Assembly (NCBI GenBank): GCA_964437265.1
Contig: CAYTGY010000001.1
Span: forward strand, 1 to 40,375
Source: an uncultured Spirochaetaceae bacterium
GTDB taxonomy: Bacteria; Spirochaetota; Spirochaetia; DSM-27196; SLST01
DNA: 40,375 bases
Direction of reading: 5' to 3'
Shown one piece after another: positions 26,863 to 35,584 of this stretch. The notes under the pieces are model-generated. The model was not told the DNA's origin, did not search any database, and saw only the letters and a program-made list of their open reading frames with translations. Each line of letters starts with the position of its first letter. The first letter of the stretch is position 1. Both the position numbers and the translations under genes were made by a program.

Positions 26863-28203
26863 ATGAACCACACCACCGCTGTCGTTGGAGGCGGCATGAC
26901 AGGCATCGCCGCCGCTCTGGATTTCGCCGAGCGAGGTCACAAGGTCACCCTCTTCGAGGCTCGGGACCATCTGGGGGGACTCTCGGACACGTACAGCTGG
27001 AACGGCGTGACGTGGGACAGGTTCTACCATGTGGTGCTCTCTACAGACGAGCTCTTGGTGGAGCTGATCAGGCAGCTTGGCCTGGAGAACGAACTCTACT
27101 GGCGGGAGACCAAAAGCGGCTTCTACGGCGACGGGAAGCTCGTGTCTATGTCCTCAATCGGAGATTTCATCAGGTTTCCCTTCCTCTCCCTCTGGCAGAA
27201 GTTTAGGCTGGGAGTTGGAATTCTCTCGAGTACCGGAATCAAGGATGCGGACAAGCTGGACCGGGTCTATGTGCGCGAGTGGCTCATCCGCGTCTTTGGG
27301 CGACGGGTGTATGAGAAGATCTGGGACCCACTCTTGCGGAGCAAGCTCGGGGAGGCACGGCATCAGACCTCCGCTGCCTTCATCTGGGCAACAATCAAGC
27401 GGCTCTACGGAGCCCGGAGTGGAGAGGCCAAAACGGAGAAGATGGGGCACGTCCACGGCGGCTACCGCGTGGTTCTCGCTGCTGTTGAGCGAGAGCTAGC
27501 AGCTCGCGGAGTGGACGTTCGCACCGGGGAGCCGGTTGAGACGATCATGAGCGACGGTGGGGGCCCCAGCATCAACACCGCGAGTGGCAAGGGTGAGTTC
27601 GACTCGGTCCTGCTCACGGTTCCGGTCGGCGAGATCATGCGCCTGACCGAGCCCGCACGCAGTCACCTGGACGATCGACACGAGTACTGGAGCAAGCTCT
27701 CGTCGGTGCAGTATCTAAGGGTTTGCTGTCTCATGATCGTGCTCAATCAAGGTCTTTCGCCCTACTACGTGATCAACCTCTTGGATACCAGCATGCCCTT
27801 CACCGGAATAGTCGAGGCGTCCAATGTGGCGGCGCCTGAGGATATGCGCGGCAAGCACATCGTGTACCTACCCAAGTACGTGACCGCCGACGATCCCATT
27901 CACGGTGAGTCGGACCAGGCGATCACGGGGCGCTTCATTTCAGCGCTCCGCCGAGTCTTCCCAGAATTGGATGACGCGTCGATTCTGCACACAAAGCTCT
28001 TCCGCGAGACCTATGTCCAGCCGCTACAAGAGGTGAACCGACTCGAGAACCACGTGGAGTTCGCCACGCCTATTCCCGGGGTGTATGTCGCCAACTCTGC
28101 TATGCTTTACAACACGACGTTGAACAACAACGCTGCTATCACGCTGGCCGGTGATGCGGTAGCTGCAATGACGAGCGGTGAGACGCCGGCAATCGATGGC
28201 TGA
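26863..28203 (+). CDS. FAD/NAD(P)-dependent oxidoreductase (amine-oxidase / phytoene-desaturase-like fold)
   Basis: Dinucleotide-binding motif AVVGGGMTGIAAALDFAERGHKVTLFEARDHLGG. The length and C-terminal FAD-closing segment are consistent with this fold. The substrate is unknown. Confidence 0.75.
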   Translation: MNHTTAVVGGGMTGIAAALDFAERGHKVTLFEARDHLGGLSDTYSWNGVTWDRFYHVVLSTDELLVELIRQLGLENELYWRETKSGFYGDGKLVSMSSIGDFIRFPFLSLWQKFRLGVGILSSTGIKDADKLDRVYVREWLIRVFGRRVYEKIWDPLLRSKLGEARHQTSAAFIWATIKRLYGARSGEAKTEKMGHVHGGYRVVLAAVERELAARGVDVRTGEPVETIMSDGGGPSINTASGKGEFDSVLLTVPVGEIMRLTEPARSHLDDRHEYWSKLSSVQYLRVCCLMIVLNQGLSPYYVINLLDTSMPFTGIVEASNVAAPEDMRGKHIVYLPKYVTADDPIHGESDQAITGRFISALRRVFPELDDASILHTKLFRETYVQPLQEVNRLENHVEFATPIPGVYVANSAMLYNTTLNNNAAITLAGDAVAAMTSGETPAIDG

Positions 28204-28843
28204 GCAAGATCGAATCAGTGTTCAAATCCATCCCACCGCGGAGGTCGATCCTGGTGCGGAACTCGGGCACGGCTGCCGGGTTTGGAATCAGGCGCACGTG
28301 CGTAGCGGCGTGCGGATCGGTCCCGAGTCGACGATCGGCAAGAACGTGTATGTGGACACGGATGTGACCATTGGTTCTCGGTGCAAAATTCAGAACAACG
28401 TATCGATCTACGATGGGGTGACCGTTGATGACGGTGTGTTCGTCGGTCCGCATGTCTGCTTCACCAACGACCGCGTTCCTCGGGCGATCAACCCGGACGG
28501 CTCGCTGAAGCGACCGGGCGATTGGCAGATAAGCCGGACGCTGGTGCGCTATGGCGCATCCATTGGGGCGCACTCGGTAGTTCTGCCGGGACTCACGGTG
28601 GGAGCGTTCGCACTGGTCGCCGCCGGCAGTGTGGTCACGCGGGACGTCCCCGATCATGGATTGGTGATGGGCTCGCCGGCGCGGCTGGTCGGCTACGTCT
28701 GTTTCTGCGGCGCTCGGCTGCCAGGGTCGGGACCTCGCGACTGCCGTGCAGCCGGAGCAACCTCCGTCACCTGTGCGTCGTGCGGCCGCGTGGTCCGCCT
28801 TCGAGCGTCAATAGGTTCGCAAGTGGGAGATGCGCGTGGTTGA
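28196..28843 (+). CDS. wbpD: UDP-2-acetamido-3-amino-2,3-dideoxy-glucuronate N-acetyltransferase-like LbH enzyme (WbpD/WlbB type)
   Basis: IHPTAEVDPGAELGHGCRVWNQAHVRSGVRIG...KIQNNVSIYDGVTVDDGVFVGPHVCFTND..PRA...TLVRYGASIGAHSVVLPGLTVGAFALVAAGSVVTRDVPDHGLVMGSPARLVG aligns along its length with the WlbB/WbpD pattern. ATG 28196 gives an 8-nt overlap with the upstream gene. Confidence 0.75.
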   Translation: MAEQDRISVQIHPTAEVDPGAELGHGCRVWNQAHVRSGVRIGPESTIGKNVYVDTDVTIGSRCKIQNNVSIYDGVTVDDGVFVGPHVCFTNDRVPRAINPDGSLKRPGDWQISRTLVRYGASIGAHSVVLPGLTVGAFALVAAGSVVTRDVPDHGLVMGSPARLVGYVCFCGARLPGSGPRDCRAAGATSVTCASCGRVVRLRASIGSQVGDARG

Positions 28844-29975
28844 AACGCAGATCCCTTTTGTCGATCTGAAGACGCAATACGCGTCGTACCAGGCGGAGTT
28901 GGACGACGCCATTATGCGTGTCGTGAAATCATGCCGGTTCATTCAGGGCGGCGAAGTGGAAGCTCTGGAGCAAGAACTTGCCGCGTTCTCCGGCGCGGCG
29001 CATTGTGTTAGTTGCGCGAGCGGCACTGACGCGCTGTTGCTGGCACTGATGGCGTTGGATATTGGTCCGGGAGATGAAGTCATCACGACTCCGTTCAGCT
29101 TCTTTGCCACCGCGGAGGCGATCTCTCTGGTTGGCGCCACTCCTGTCTTTGTGGATATCCAACCGGAGACATACAACATCGATCCCACCAAGATCGAGTC
29201 CGCAATAACCCACCATACCCGCGGGGTCCTTCCTGTGGGGATCTTCGGTCAGCCGGCTGACATGGATGCGATCAATCAGATCGCCGTTTCGCACGCTATT
29301 GCCGTGATTGAGGATGCAGCCCAGAGTTTCGGTGCTCGATACCACCACCGGCGCAGCGGAACACTCGCGCAAGTGGGTTGCACGAGCTTCTTCCCTGCAA
29401 AGCCCCTTGGGTGCTTTGGCGACGGAGGGGCCGTGTTCACGGAAGATGATGAGCTGGGCAACCGGATTCGGCAGTTGATGAATCACGGACAGACCGCGCG
29501 TTACGAGCATGGACGGATTGGTCTGAACGCGCGGCTAGACGCAATCCAAGCCGCAGTGCTGCGCGTGAAGCTGAGGCACTATGCCGATGAACTCGTGGCG
29601 CGCGAGCGAATAGCCCAGCGCTACACCCAGGCACTCCGTACGGTTGCGGGCATACGGACACCCACCATAGCGCCTGGTATGAGTAGTTCCTTCGCCCAAT
29701 ACACCATCGTGGTCCAAGATCGCGATCAGCTTGTCGCCGCATTGACGTCAGACGGCGTGCCGACGGCCATTCACTATCCGGCACCGCTGTATTCCCAGCC
29801 AGTGTACCGTTTGGGAAGGCGGCCATCCCGGACGGTACCCGCCGCCGGATGCGAGGTTGCCGAATCCGTTTGCGGGCGGGTTATGAGTATTCCATTTGGT
29901 CCGTTCTTGGCGACGGATCATCAGGACCGAATCATCGATGCAGTGCTTCGGTTTCTCGAGGAGCGTCCACAATGA
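28836..29975 (+). CDS. wbpE: DegT/DnrJ/EryC1/StrS-family PLP aminotransferase (WbpE/WlbC-like)
   Basis: IPFVDLKTQY...GGEVEALEQELAAF...CASGTDALLLAL...VITTPFSFFATAEAI...IEDAAQSFGA...SFFPAKPLGCFGDGG, which contains the Schiff-base Lys. I prefer GTG 28836 because GGGAG lies 6 nt upstream, whereas ATG 28830 abuts the SD. Confidence 0.85.
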   Translation: MVETQIPFVDLKTQYASYQAELDDAIMRVVKSCRFIQGGEVEALEQELAAFSGAAHCVSCASGTDALLLALMALDIGPGDEVITTPFSFFATAEAISLVGATPVFVDIQPETYNIDPTKIESAITHHTRGVLPVGIFGQPADMDAINQIAVSHAIAVIEDAAQSFGARYHHRRSGTLAQVGCTSFFPAKPLGCFGDGGAVFTEDDELGNRIRQLMNHGQTARYEHGRIGLNARLDAIQAAVLRVKLRHYADELVARERIAQRYTQALRTVAGIRTPTIAPGMSSSFAQYTIVVQDRDQLVAALTSDGVPTAIHYPAPLYSQPVYRLGRRPSRTVPAAGCEVAESVCGRVMSIPFGPFLATDHQDRIIDAVLRFLEERPQ

Positions 29976-30901
29976 GAGTCGGAGTGATCGGGCTAGGGTC
30001 CATGGGGCAGAATCACTACCGTGTCCTCAACTCTATCCCGTTCATTGAGGCGGTCGTGGTTGCGGATCCCAGAGAAGACGTGCTGCCGGAAGAACATGCG
30101 TACACATCGACATCGCGCATGCTTGAGACGGAGAAACTGGATGCGGTCATTGTTGCGGTGCCCACTACCGCTCACCTGGATGTGGCCGTAAGCGTCCTCG
30201 AGCGAGGTATCCCGATGCTTCTTGAGAAGCCGGTTGCTTCCACGCTAGAAGAGGCGAATGTGATTCGGCAACGGGTGGAAACCTCGCGGATTCCCGTTGC
30301 CGTGGGGCATGTGGAGCGTTTCAATCCTGTGGTCCGGAGCCTGATGAGTGAACTTGCAGGCAAAAGGATCTATAGCATTACCATTACCCGAATCGGTCCG
30401 TTTCCTCCTCGGATTGCAGACGTCGGAGTCTTGGTTGATCTCTCCGTACACGACATAGATCTGGTACACTGGTTGACCAGACACGTTCCGGTAGCCGAGG
30501 CGCGAATCTTCAAGTCGGTGAAAGGCGCAGGCTCTCATGAGGACAACGCAGTTGTCACACTTCGGCTTGAGAATGACGTGGTAGCCTCCATAGTCACGAA
30601 CTGGTTGACGCCGTTCAAGCGCCGGACAATAGAGGTGGCCACCGATCAGGCATTCTACCAGGCCGATCTCATGTCTCAAGAACTCACCGAGTACTCAGCA
30701 TACCAGGATAACAACTCCTACTTGGTACGTAACTGCACGGTTACCAAGGGTGAGCCGTTGCGGAAGGAACTGGAAGCGTTTCTGCGGTTTGTACAAACCG
30801 GCGAGCGTGACGGTTTGGCGGACGTGGAGGAGGGACTCGTCCCGCTTCGCATTATCAGCCGTGCCCGGGGGGTATCTGCGGTGAGCTGTTCGGCACCTTG
30901 A
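29972..30901 (+). CDS. wbpB: Gfo/Idh/MocA-family NAD-dependent oxidoreductase (WbpB/WlbA-like)
   Basis: MRVGVIGLGSMGQNHYRVL...EKPVASTLEEA...VGHVERFNP. ATG 29972 has GAGGAG 8 nt upstream and an ATGA overlap with the aminotransferase. The ORF-track start at 29849 lies inside the upstream gene. Confidence 0.8.
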   Translation: MRVGVIGLGSMGQNHYRVLNSIPFIEAVVVADPREDVLPEEHAYTSTSRMLETEKLDAVIVAVPTTAHLDVAVSVLERGIPMLLEKPVASTLEEANVIRQRVETSRIPVAVGHVERFNPVVRSLMSELAGKRIYSITITRIGPFPPRIADVGVLVDLSVHDIDLVHWLTRHVPVAEARIFKSVKGAGSHEDNAVVTLRLENDVVASIVTNWLTPFKRRTIEVATDQAFYQADLMSQELTEYSAYQDNNSYLVRNCTVTKGEPLRKELEAFLRFVQTGERDGLADVEEGLVPLRIISRARGVSAVSCSAP

Positions 30902-30917
30902 TTGAACAGAGTGCTCT

Positions 30918-31328
30918 ATGAACCAAGCATCAAACGAACCGGTTAGGGTTGATCATTACTTAGCGTTAGGTACTTCGATACTGCTAAACACTGCTGCATT
31001 GTTGCTTATTCGTCTGGTTGTGGCGCAGATCAGGAAGAGTCATGACCAGCTGGATGCACTGCTGATCTTGGGAGCACTCCAGTCGCCGGTGTTTTGGGCC
31101 GGGGTGGCTAGCTTTGTGGGTGGTATCTACTTCTGGATGGTATCTCTGCGCGCGCTTGATCTGAGCCTGGCCTATCCAACGTCGGCACTCTCTTACGTGG
31201 CGATAGCGGTTCTCTCCCGCCTCTGGTTCGGCGAGGAACTATCCGTCTGGCGGGTCGTCGGCATCACCGCCATTGTCTTGGGCGTGGCCGCACTGTACTG
31301 GCATCCAAAGCAAAGCGGGTCGGCATGA
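30918..31328 (+). CDS. Small DMT/SMR-like membrane protein (ArnE/ArnF-like flippase subunit)
   Basis: 136 aa with 4 predicted TM helices. C-terminal pattern LSLAYPTSALSYVAIAVLSRLWFGEELSVWRVVGITAIVLGV. Confidence 0.65.
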   Translation: MNQASNEPVRVDHYLALGTSILLNTAALLLIRLVVAQIRKSHDQLDALLILGALQSPVFWAGVASFVGGIYFWMVSLRALDLSLAYPTSALSYVAIAVLSRLWFGEELSVWRVVGITAIVLGVAALYWHPKQSGSA

Positions 31329-31696
31329 TCTATTACGCGGCGCTTTTCGCCAGTGTGATCCTAAACGCCGTGAGTCTTGTCCTCCTCAAGCGATACGCTC
31401 ACCTATCGGCTCCTCTTCCTGCCGAGTCCGGTGAATCGAGTGGAGTTTGGGCCATGGTGGTGCGTCTCGTATCGAGTCCGGCGATCATCACCAGCGTCGT
31501 CTGCTACGGATTCGCCGCGGTTTTCTGGATGATCGCCCTCTTCCGCGTGGACCTCACTGTGGCATATCCAACAGTAGGTCTCACCTATGTATTCGTAGCC
31601 CTTGTGGCCCCAAAGCTCTTCAGTGAAGAGATGGGCGCCTATCGCTGGGTTGGAATCTCTCTTATAGTCGGCGGAGTAGTCATAATGCACGTCTGA
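31325..31696 (+). CDS. Small DMT/SMR-like membrane protein (second ArnE/ArnF-like subunit)
   Basis: 123 aa with 4 TM helices. LTVAYPTVGLTYVFVALVAPKLFSEEMGAYRWVGISLIVGGV is paralogous to the previous gene. ATGA overlap. Confidence 0.65.
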   Translation: MIYYAALFASVILNAVSLVLLKRYAHLSAPLPAESGESSGVWAMVVRLVSSPAIITSVVCYGFAAVFWMIALFRVDLTVAYPTVGLTYVFVALVAPKLFSEEMGAYRWVGISLIVGGVVIMHV

Positions 31697-31707
31697 TAGG
31701 GAAAGAC

Positions 31708-32043
31708 ATGGACAACACAGGTCAGTCAATGCAAGAAAGCCACGTGACAACGGATCCGGAAGATGCAAACCTTACAGCCAAGGTGGCCGAGATCATTTGC
31801 ACATTCGTGGTGGACACGTTTCTCTTTGGAGAGGAAGATGGATTACTCTCTCCCGACGGTTCGTTCTTGGAGACCGGGATTATCGACTCAACCGGCATGC
31901 TCGAACTCGTTAGCTTCATTGAGGTGCGATTCGGGATCGCTGTGGAAGACGAGGAGATGCTTCCGTCAAACCTAGACTCGCTGAATCGGGTGAGCGCCTA
32001 CGTGGTCAGAAAGCTCCATTCGGAGCCCCAAGGCTCCGCGTAG
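31708..32043 (+). CDS. Acyl/aminoacyl carrier protein (DltC-like flavour)
   Basis: About 80-aa four-helix core with the phosphopantetheine site ...ETGIIDSTGMLELVSFIE... (Ser in the DS motif). It resembles the D-alanyl-carrier pattern GLLDSMGTV.LL. The start is ATG 31708 or ATG 31729. Confidence 0.8.
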   Translation: MDNTGQSMQESHVTTDPEDANLTAKVAEIICTFVVDTFLFGEEDGLLSPDGSFLETGIIDSTGMLELVSFIEVRFGIAVEDEEMLPSNLDSLNRVSAYVVRKLHSEPQGSA

Positions 32044-32052
32044 CCATAATCC

Positions 32053-34038
32053 ATGTGTGGGATTTGTGGGGCAATAGACTCGCGGAGATCAGTACCGGTC
32101 GATGAGGCCACCGTAGACTCCATGCTTGCTGCACTCGGTTCTCGAGGGCCGGACGCGTACGGGGTGTTCTACGACACCGGTGTCTTCCTGGGCCACACGC
32201 GACTGAGCATCATAGACCCAGAAGGTGGAGCTCAGCCGCTATCCCTTGACGGTGGCCGCTACTGGATTGTGTTCAATGGTGAGATCTACAACTATGTCGA
32301 GCTCAAGCGCGAGCTGGTTGGGCTGGGCTACTCGTTTCGAACAGAGAGCGACACGGAAGTCCTGCTCGCAGCCCTCGTTCACTGGCAGACGGCGTATGTT
32401 GAGCACCTGAACGGTCAGTGGGCGTTTGCCGCATGGGACCGGGCAAAGCGTGAGCTTACCCTTGGACGAGATCCGCACGGGATCCGGCCGCTCTACTACA
32501 CGTACGCCGCGGGCGTGTTCCGTTTTGCTTCTACCATCCGAACGCTGTTCTGTGACTACCGTGTCCCGCGGAGCTTGGATAGTGCCGGGGTTGCTGAGCA
32601 TCTGACGTTCTGGGGACCTGTCAATGCGTCGACCGCATTTGAGGGGGTCTACCAACTACCCCCGGGAAGCACTGCGACCATACCCCTCAACGGGTCCGTT
32701 GCCATCCGCCCCGAATGGGCCCCATCATTTCCTGCTGCCGGCGATCCGCCTCGGATAGATGAGCACGAGGCCACCTACTGGCTGGAGGCGCGGCTCGTTG
32801 ATTCCGTTCGGCTGAGGTTCGAGCGCAGTGATGTTCCGGTGGGTGTGTACCTCTCCGGAGGCTTGGACTCCTCTACTATCGCGATTATTCTGTCCGCTCT
32901 TGGGAAGCGCTTTACGGCGTACTCGTTGGGTTTCACAACCAACGAGTATGACGAGAGCGACTATCAAGATGAGCTCGCTCAGGCGCTGGGGATTACCGTT
33001 GACCGTGTCATGGTTTCGCCATCTGACGTTGGCGAAGCGTTTGCTGAATCGGTTCTTCTAGCCGAGCAACCACTGGTCCGCACCGCACCTGCGCCGCTTC
33101 TGCTGCTAGCTCAGCGGGTTCGAGAATCCGGATTGCGTGCAGTCTTGACCGGAGAAGGCGCCGATGAGTTGTTTGGTGGGTATGATCTCTTCCGGGAGCA
33201 CCTACTTCGGTCAGGTGCTGCTGGGATTTCCACTGAAGGCGCAGATGCCGCGAGGTCCCTGTACAGTTGGCAGCAGCGCTCGCCCATGCGGGGCTCCGGT
33301 CTATCTCAGTGGTTTCTCTCCTCGCACGAGCATCGCTCGTCGAGTTTTGGCTCTCACATCGGGCGCTGGAGAACGGGCGCGTCCATCGCCCGCTTTCTTG
33401 AGCCCCACCTGCAGCCCCCGGGGATGGAACAGCTTAAGCGGAAGCTCCTCGCAACACTTCCGGAGGCGTATCACCACTGGGGACCGCTAGAGCAGGCTCA
33501 GTACCTAGAGCTGGCACTTCGACTGCCCGGCTACATCCTCTCCGCCCAGTCGGACCGGCAGATGATGGGGCGCTCAGTTGAGGGGCGATTCCCGTTCTTG
33601 GACCCCACCGTGGCCGCCTTCGCCTTGTCGCTACCATCGGACCTCAAGATTCGCGGCATGACCGAGAAGCACCTGCTCAAGCGTGTTTTCGGGCCACAGC
33701 TTCCACCTCGGATTGCCGCCCGGTCCAAGCAACCGTACCGCGCGCCGGATGCGCCGGCCTTTCTGGCGGCCGGTCGCCTAGGCTGGTTTGAGGAGCTACT
33801 GCACGCAGATGCGCTGCGGGTGTCCGGCGTGCTTCGTCCCGCAATGGTTGGGCGCCTAATCGCGAAGGCCCGCGCATGCAACGGAGAAAGCATGAGCATG
33901 GCTGACAACATGCGAGTAGTGGCGGTCGCCTCTATCGCGCTATTGCAGCACCACTTTGTGGATTCATTCGAGCGGCCCTCCGCGTCTCCAACTCGCCCAC
34001 GAGTACTTAGGATGACGGCAGCGTATGATGGTTCATGA
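32053..34038 (+). CDS. asnB: Asparagine synthetase (glutamine-hydrolysing) family amidotransferase with intact Ntn Cys
   Basis: MCGICGAI... (Cys2), HTRLSIID, NGEIYNY, the PP-loop VGVYLSGGLDSSTIA, and ...LTGEGADELFGGY. Confidence 0.9.
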   Translation: MCGICGAIDSRRSVPVDEATVDSMLAALGSRGPDAYGVFYDTGVFLGHTRLSIIDPEGGAQPLSLDGGRYWIVFNGEIYNYVELKRELVGLGYSFRTESDTEVLLAALVHWQTAYVEHLNGQWAFAAWDRAKRELTLGRDPHGIRPLYYTYAAGVFRFASTIRTLFCDYRVPRSLDSAGVAEHLTFWGPVNASTAFEGVYQLPPGSTATIPLNGSVAIRPEWAPSFPAAGDPPRIDEHEATYWLEARLVDSVRLRFERSDVPVGVYLSGGLDSSTIAIILSALGKRFTAYSLGFTTNEYDESDYQDELAQALGITVDRVMVSPSDVGEAFAESVLLAEQPLVRTAPAPLLLLAQRVRESGLRAVLTGEGADELFGGYDLFREHLLRSGAAGISTEGADAARSLYSWQQRSPMRGSGLSQWFLSSHEHRSSSFGSHIGRWRTGASIARFLEPHLQPPGMEQLKRKLLATLPEAYHHWGPLEQAQYLELALRLPGYILSAQSDRQMMGRSVEGRFPFLDPTVAAFALSLPSDLKIRGMTEKHLLKRVFGPQLPPRIAARSKQPYRAPDAPAFLAAGRLGWFEELLHADALRVSGVLRPAMVGRLIAKARACNGESMSMADNMRVVAVASIALLQHHFVDSFERPSASPTRPRVLRMTAAYDGS

Positions 34039-35584
34039 CCTGCTCTTGATCGCGGCACAGTACGCCCCCGACAGACGTCTACTCTTGCACGAAGACGGAT
34101 GGCTGACGTACGGGATGCTCACGCAACGGGCTCAGGCGTTGGCGGGGTTTCTTGTGGGACAGGTAGGACTGAAGCGCGGTGATCGCATCCTCATTCTCCA
34201 GCGAAACAGCGCAGAGGCTCTGGTGTCGTTATTCGGATGTCTCATCGCCGGAGGAATCGCCGTTCCGGGCAGCGTAGCTGCCAAACCGCCTGAACTCCGT
34301 CACTACGCTCGTGATGCCGAGCCCGGCGTTGTCATTGGGGAATCGGCTCTCCTTGCAGCCTACAGACGGGCAACGGACGGCCAGTGGGGCGGCTGGCTGA
34401 TACCCACCGATTCTTCCCGAGCTGTCAATGAACCGCTTCCCGGCCCCGATCTGGCTCGGACCGTGCCGTTGGATGTTGCGTTGCATCATAGTGCTGTTGT
34501 ATCGCCCGTCGGCATCGACATCGATCCCGCAGTAGTCATGTACACTTCGGGGAGCACTGCAAAGCCGAAGGGCGTTGTCTTGACGCATCTTAACTTGGTG
34601 AGCAATGCGCGGTCGGTAGTGGAGTACCTACAGTTGGAGTCGTCCGATCGAGTGATGCTGGTTCTGCCGCTGCACTACATCTATGGTCTGTCGGTTCTTC
34701 TTACCCATGTTATGGTAGGTGGTTCTGTAGTGGTCGACAACCGCATCATGTATCCGAACCTGGTGTTGCAGTCGATGGCGGCAGCAGAGGTGACGGGACT
34801 CTCTGGTGTTCCGTCCACGTTTGCACTGCTCTTGGGTCGCTCCACGGTTCGGGATATGCAGTTTCCTGCTCTCCGCTATGTTACACAGGCCGGGGGGCAC
34901 ATGCCGGTAGCTCAACAGAGAGCGGTAGCAACGACCTTCTCCCCGGCACGACTTTTCGTAATGTACGGGGCCACTGAAGCCGGGCCGCGACTGACCTATA
35001 TGCCTCCTGAGGATCTTGACGGGAGATGGGGCTCTATTGGCAAGCCGGTGCCAAATGTGGAAGTTCTTGTGGCGGACCAAGACGGGCGACGGTTGCCGCA
35101 GGGAGAGCATGGCGAACTCGTGGCTCGCGGAAGCAACATCATGTTCGGTTACTGGCAAGATCGCCAGGCAACTAGACGCGTACTGAGAGGAGGGCTCTAC
35201 TTCACCGGCGATTTGGGCTACGCCGACGCGGAAGGGTATCTGTATATCACCGGGCGGACGAGCGATATGATCAAGATAAAGGGGTTCCGCGTGAGTGCCG
35301 GGGAGATCGAGGAGGCTTTGTGTCACGAACCTGAGGTAGCCGAGGCGGCAGTCGTCGGTGTCCCGGACAAGCGAACGGGCGAAGCTGCCGTCGCATTTGT
35401 AGTCGCTGCGGACGGCCGGTGTGTTGATACGGCCGCCCTGCTTCGACGCCTGTCGGAATCTCTTTCCGCCCACAAGATTCCGTCACGCGTTGTGTTGCTG
35501 AATGCGTTACCACTGGGGTCATCGGGAAAGGTTGACCGCAGGCAGCTCCGTTCCCACGTTGCTCAGGATCAATCTACGGCATGA
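34025..35584 (+). CDS. AMP-forming adenylating enzyme (acyl-CoA ligase / carrier-protein ligase superfamily)
   Basis: Core motifs MYTSGSTAKPKGVVLTH, YGATEAG, YFTGDLGYADAEGYLYITGRTSDMIKIKGFRV and SSGKVDRRQL (the A10 Lys). Confidence 0.9.
   Translation: MMVHDLLLIAAQYAPDRRLLLHEDGWLTYGMLTQRAQALAGFLVGQVGLKRGDRILILQRNSAEALVSLFGCLIAGGIAVPGSVAAKPPELRHYARDAEPGVVIGESALLAAYRRATDGQWGGWLIPTDSSRAVNEPLPGPDLARTVPLDVALHHSAVVSPVGIDIDPAVVMYTSGSTAKPKGVVLTHLNLVSNARSVVEYLQLESSDRVMLVLPLHYIYGLSVLLTHVMVGGSVVVDNRIMYPNLVLQSMAAAEVTGLSGVPSTFALLLGRSTVRDMQFPALRYVTQAGGHMPVAQQRAVATTFSPARLFVMYGATEAGPRLTYMPPEDLDGRWGSIGKPVPNVEVLVADQDGRRLPQGEHGELVARGSNIMFGYWQDRQATRRVLRGGLYFTGDLGYADAEGYLYITGRTSDMIKIKGFRVSAGEIEEALCHEPEVAEAAVVGVPDKRTGEAAVAFVVAADGRCVDTAALLRRLSESLSAHKIPSRVVLLNALPLGSSGKVDRRQLRSHVAQDQSTA

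Noticed and set aside
28715-28843. Cys-rich C-terminal tail of the WbpD-like acetyltransferase (CFCG...C...CASC), possibly a zinc ribbon
   Set aside because: LbH acetyltransferases of this family commonly carry variable C-terminal tails. The segment is short and overlaps the next gene's start region, and I cannot judge its conservation without alignments.
29849-29971. N-terminal extensions offered by the ORF track: 29849 for the oxidoreductase, 37781 for the co-polymerase, 17957 for a GT2, 21385 for the LbH acetyltransferase, 10778 for DUF354, 17073 for a GT2 and 28178 for WbpD
   Set aside because: The extensions run inside the preceding genes and have no homology-like sequence. Downstream starts have SD motifs at 5-8 nt spacing, canonical 4-8 nt overlaps, and N-termini that match the family or the paralogue.
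34628-35473. Long antisense ORFs: 281 aa here, and also 2958-3590, 3614-4210, 10685-11284, 11297-11899, 11824-12447, 22269-22829, 28929-29510 and 37910-38680 on the minus strand
   Set aside because: Each lies entirely opposite a plus-strand gene that has clear family motifs. Their translations are Arg/Ser/Pro/Gly-rich and low in complexity, with no recognisable domains. This is the typical stop-codon-poor antisense frame of high-GC DNA.
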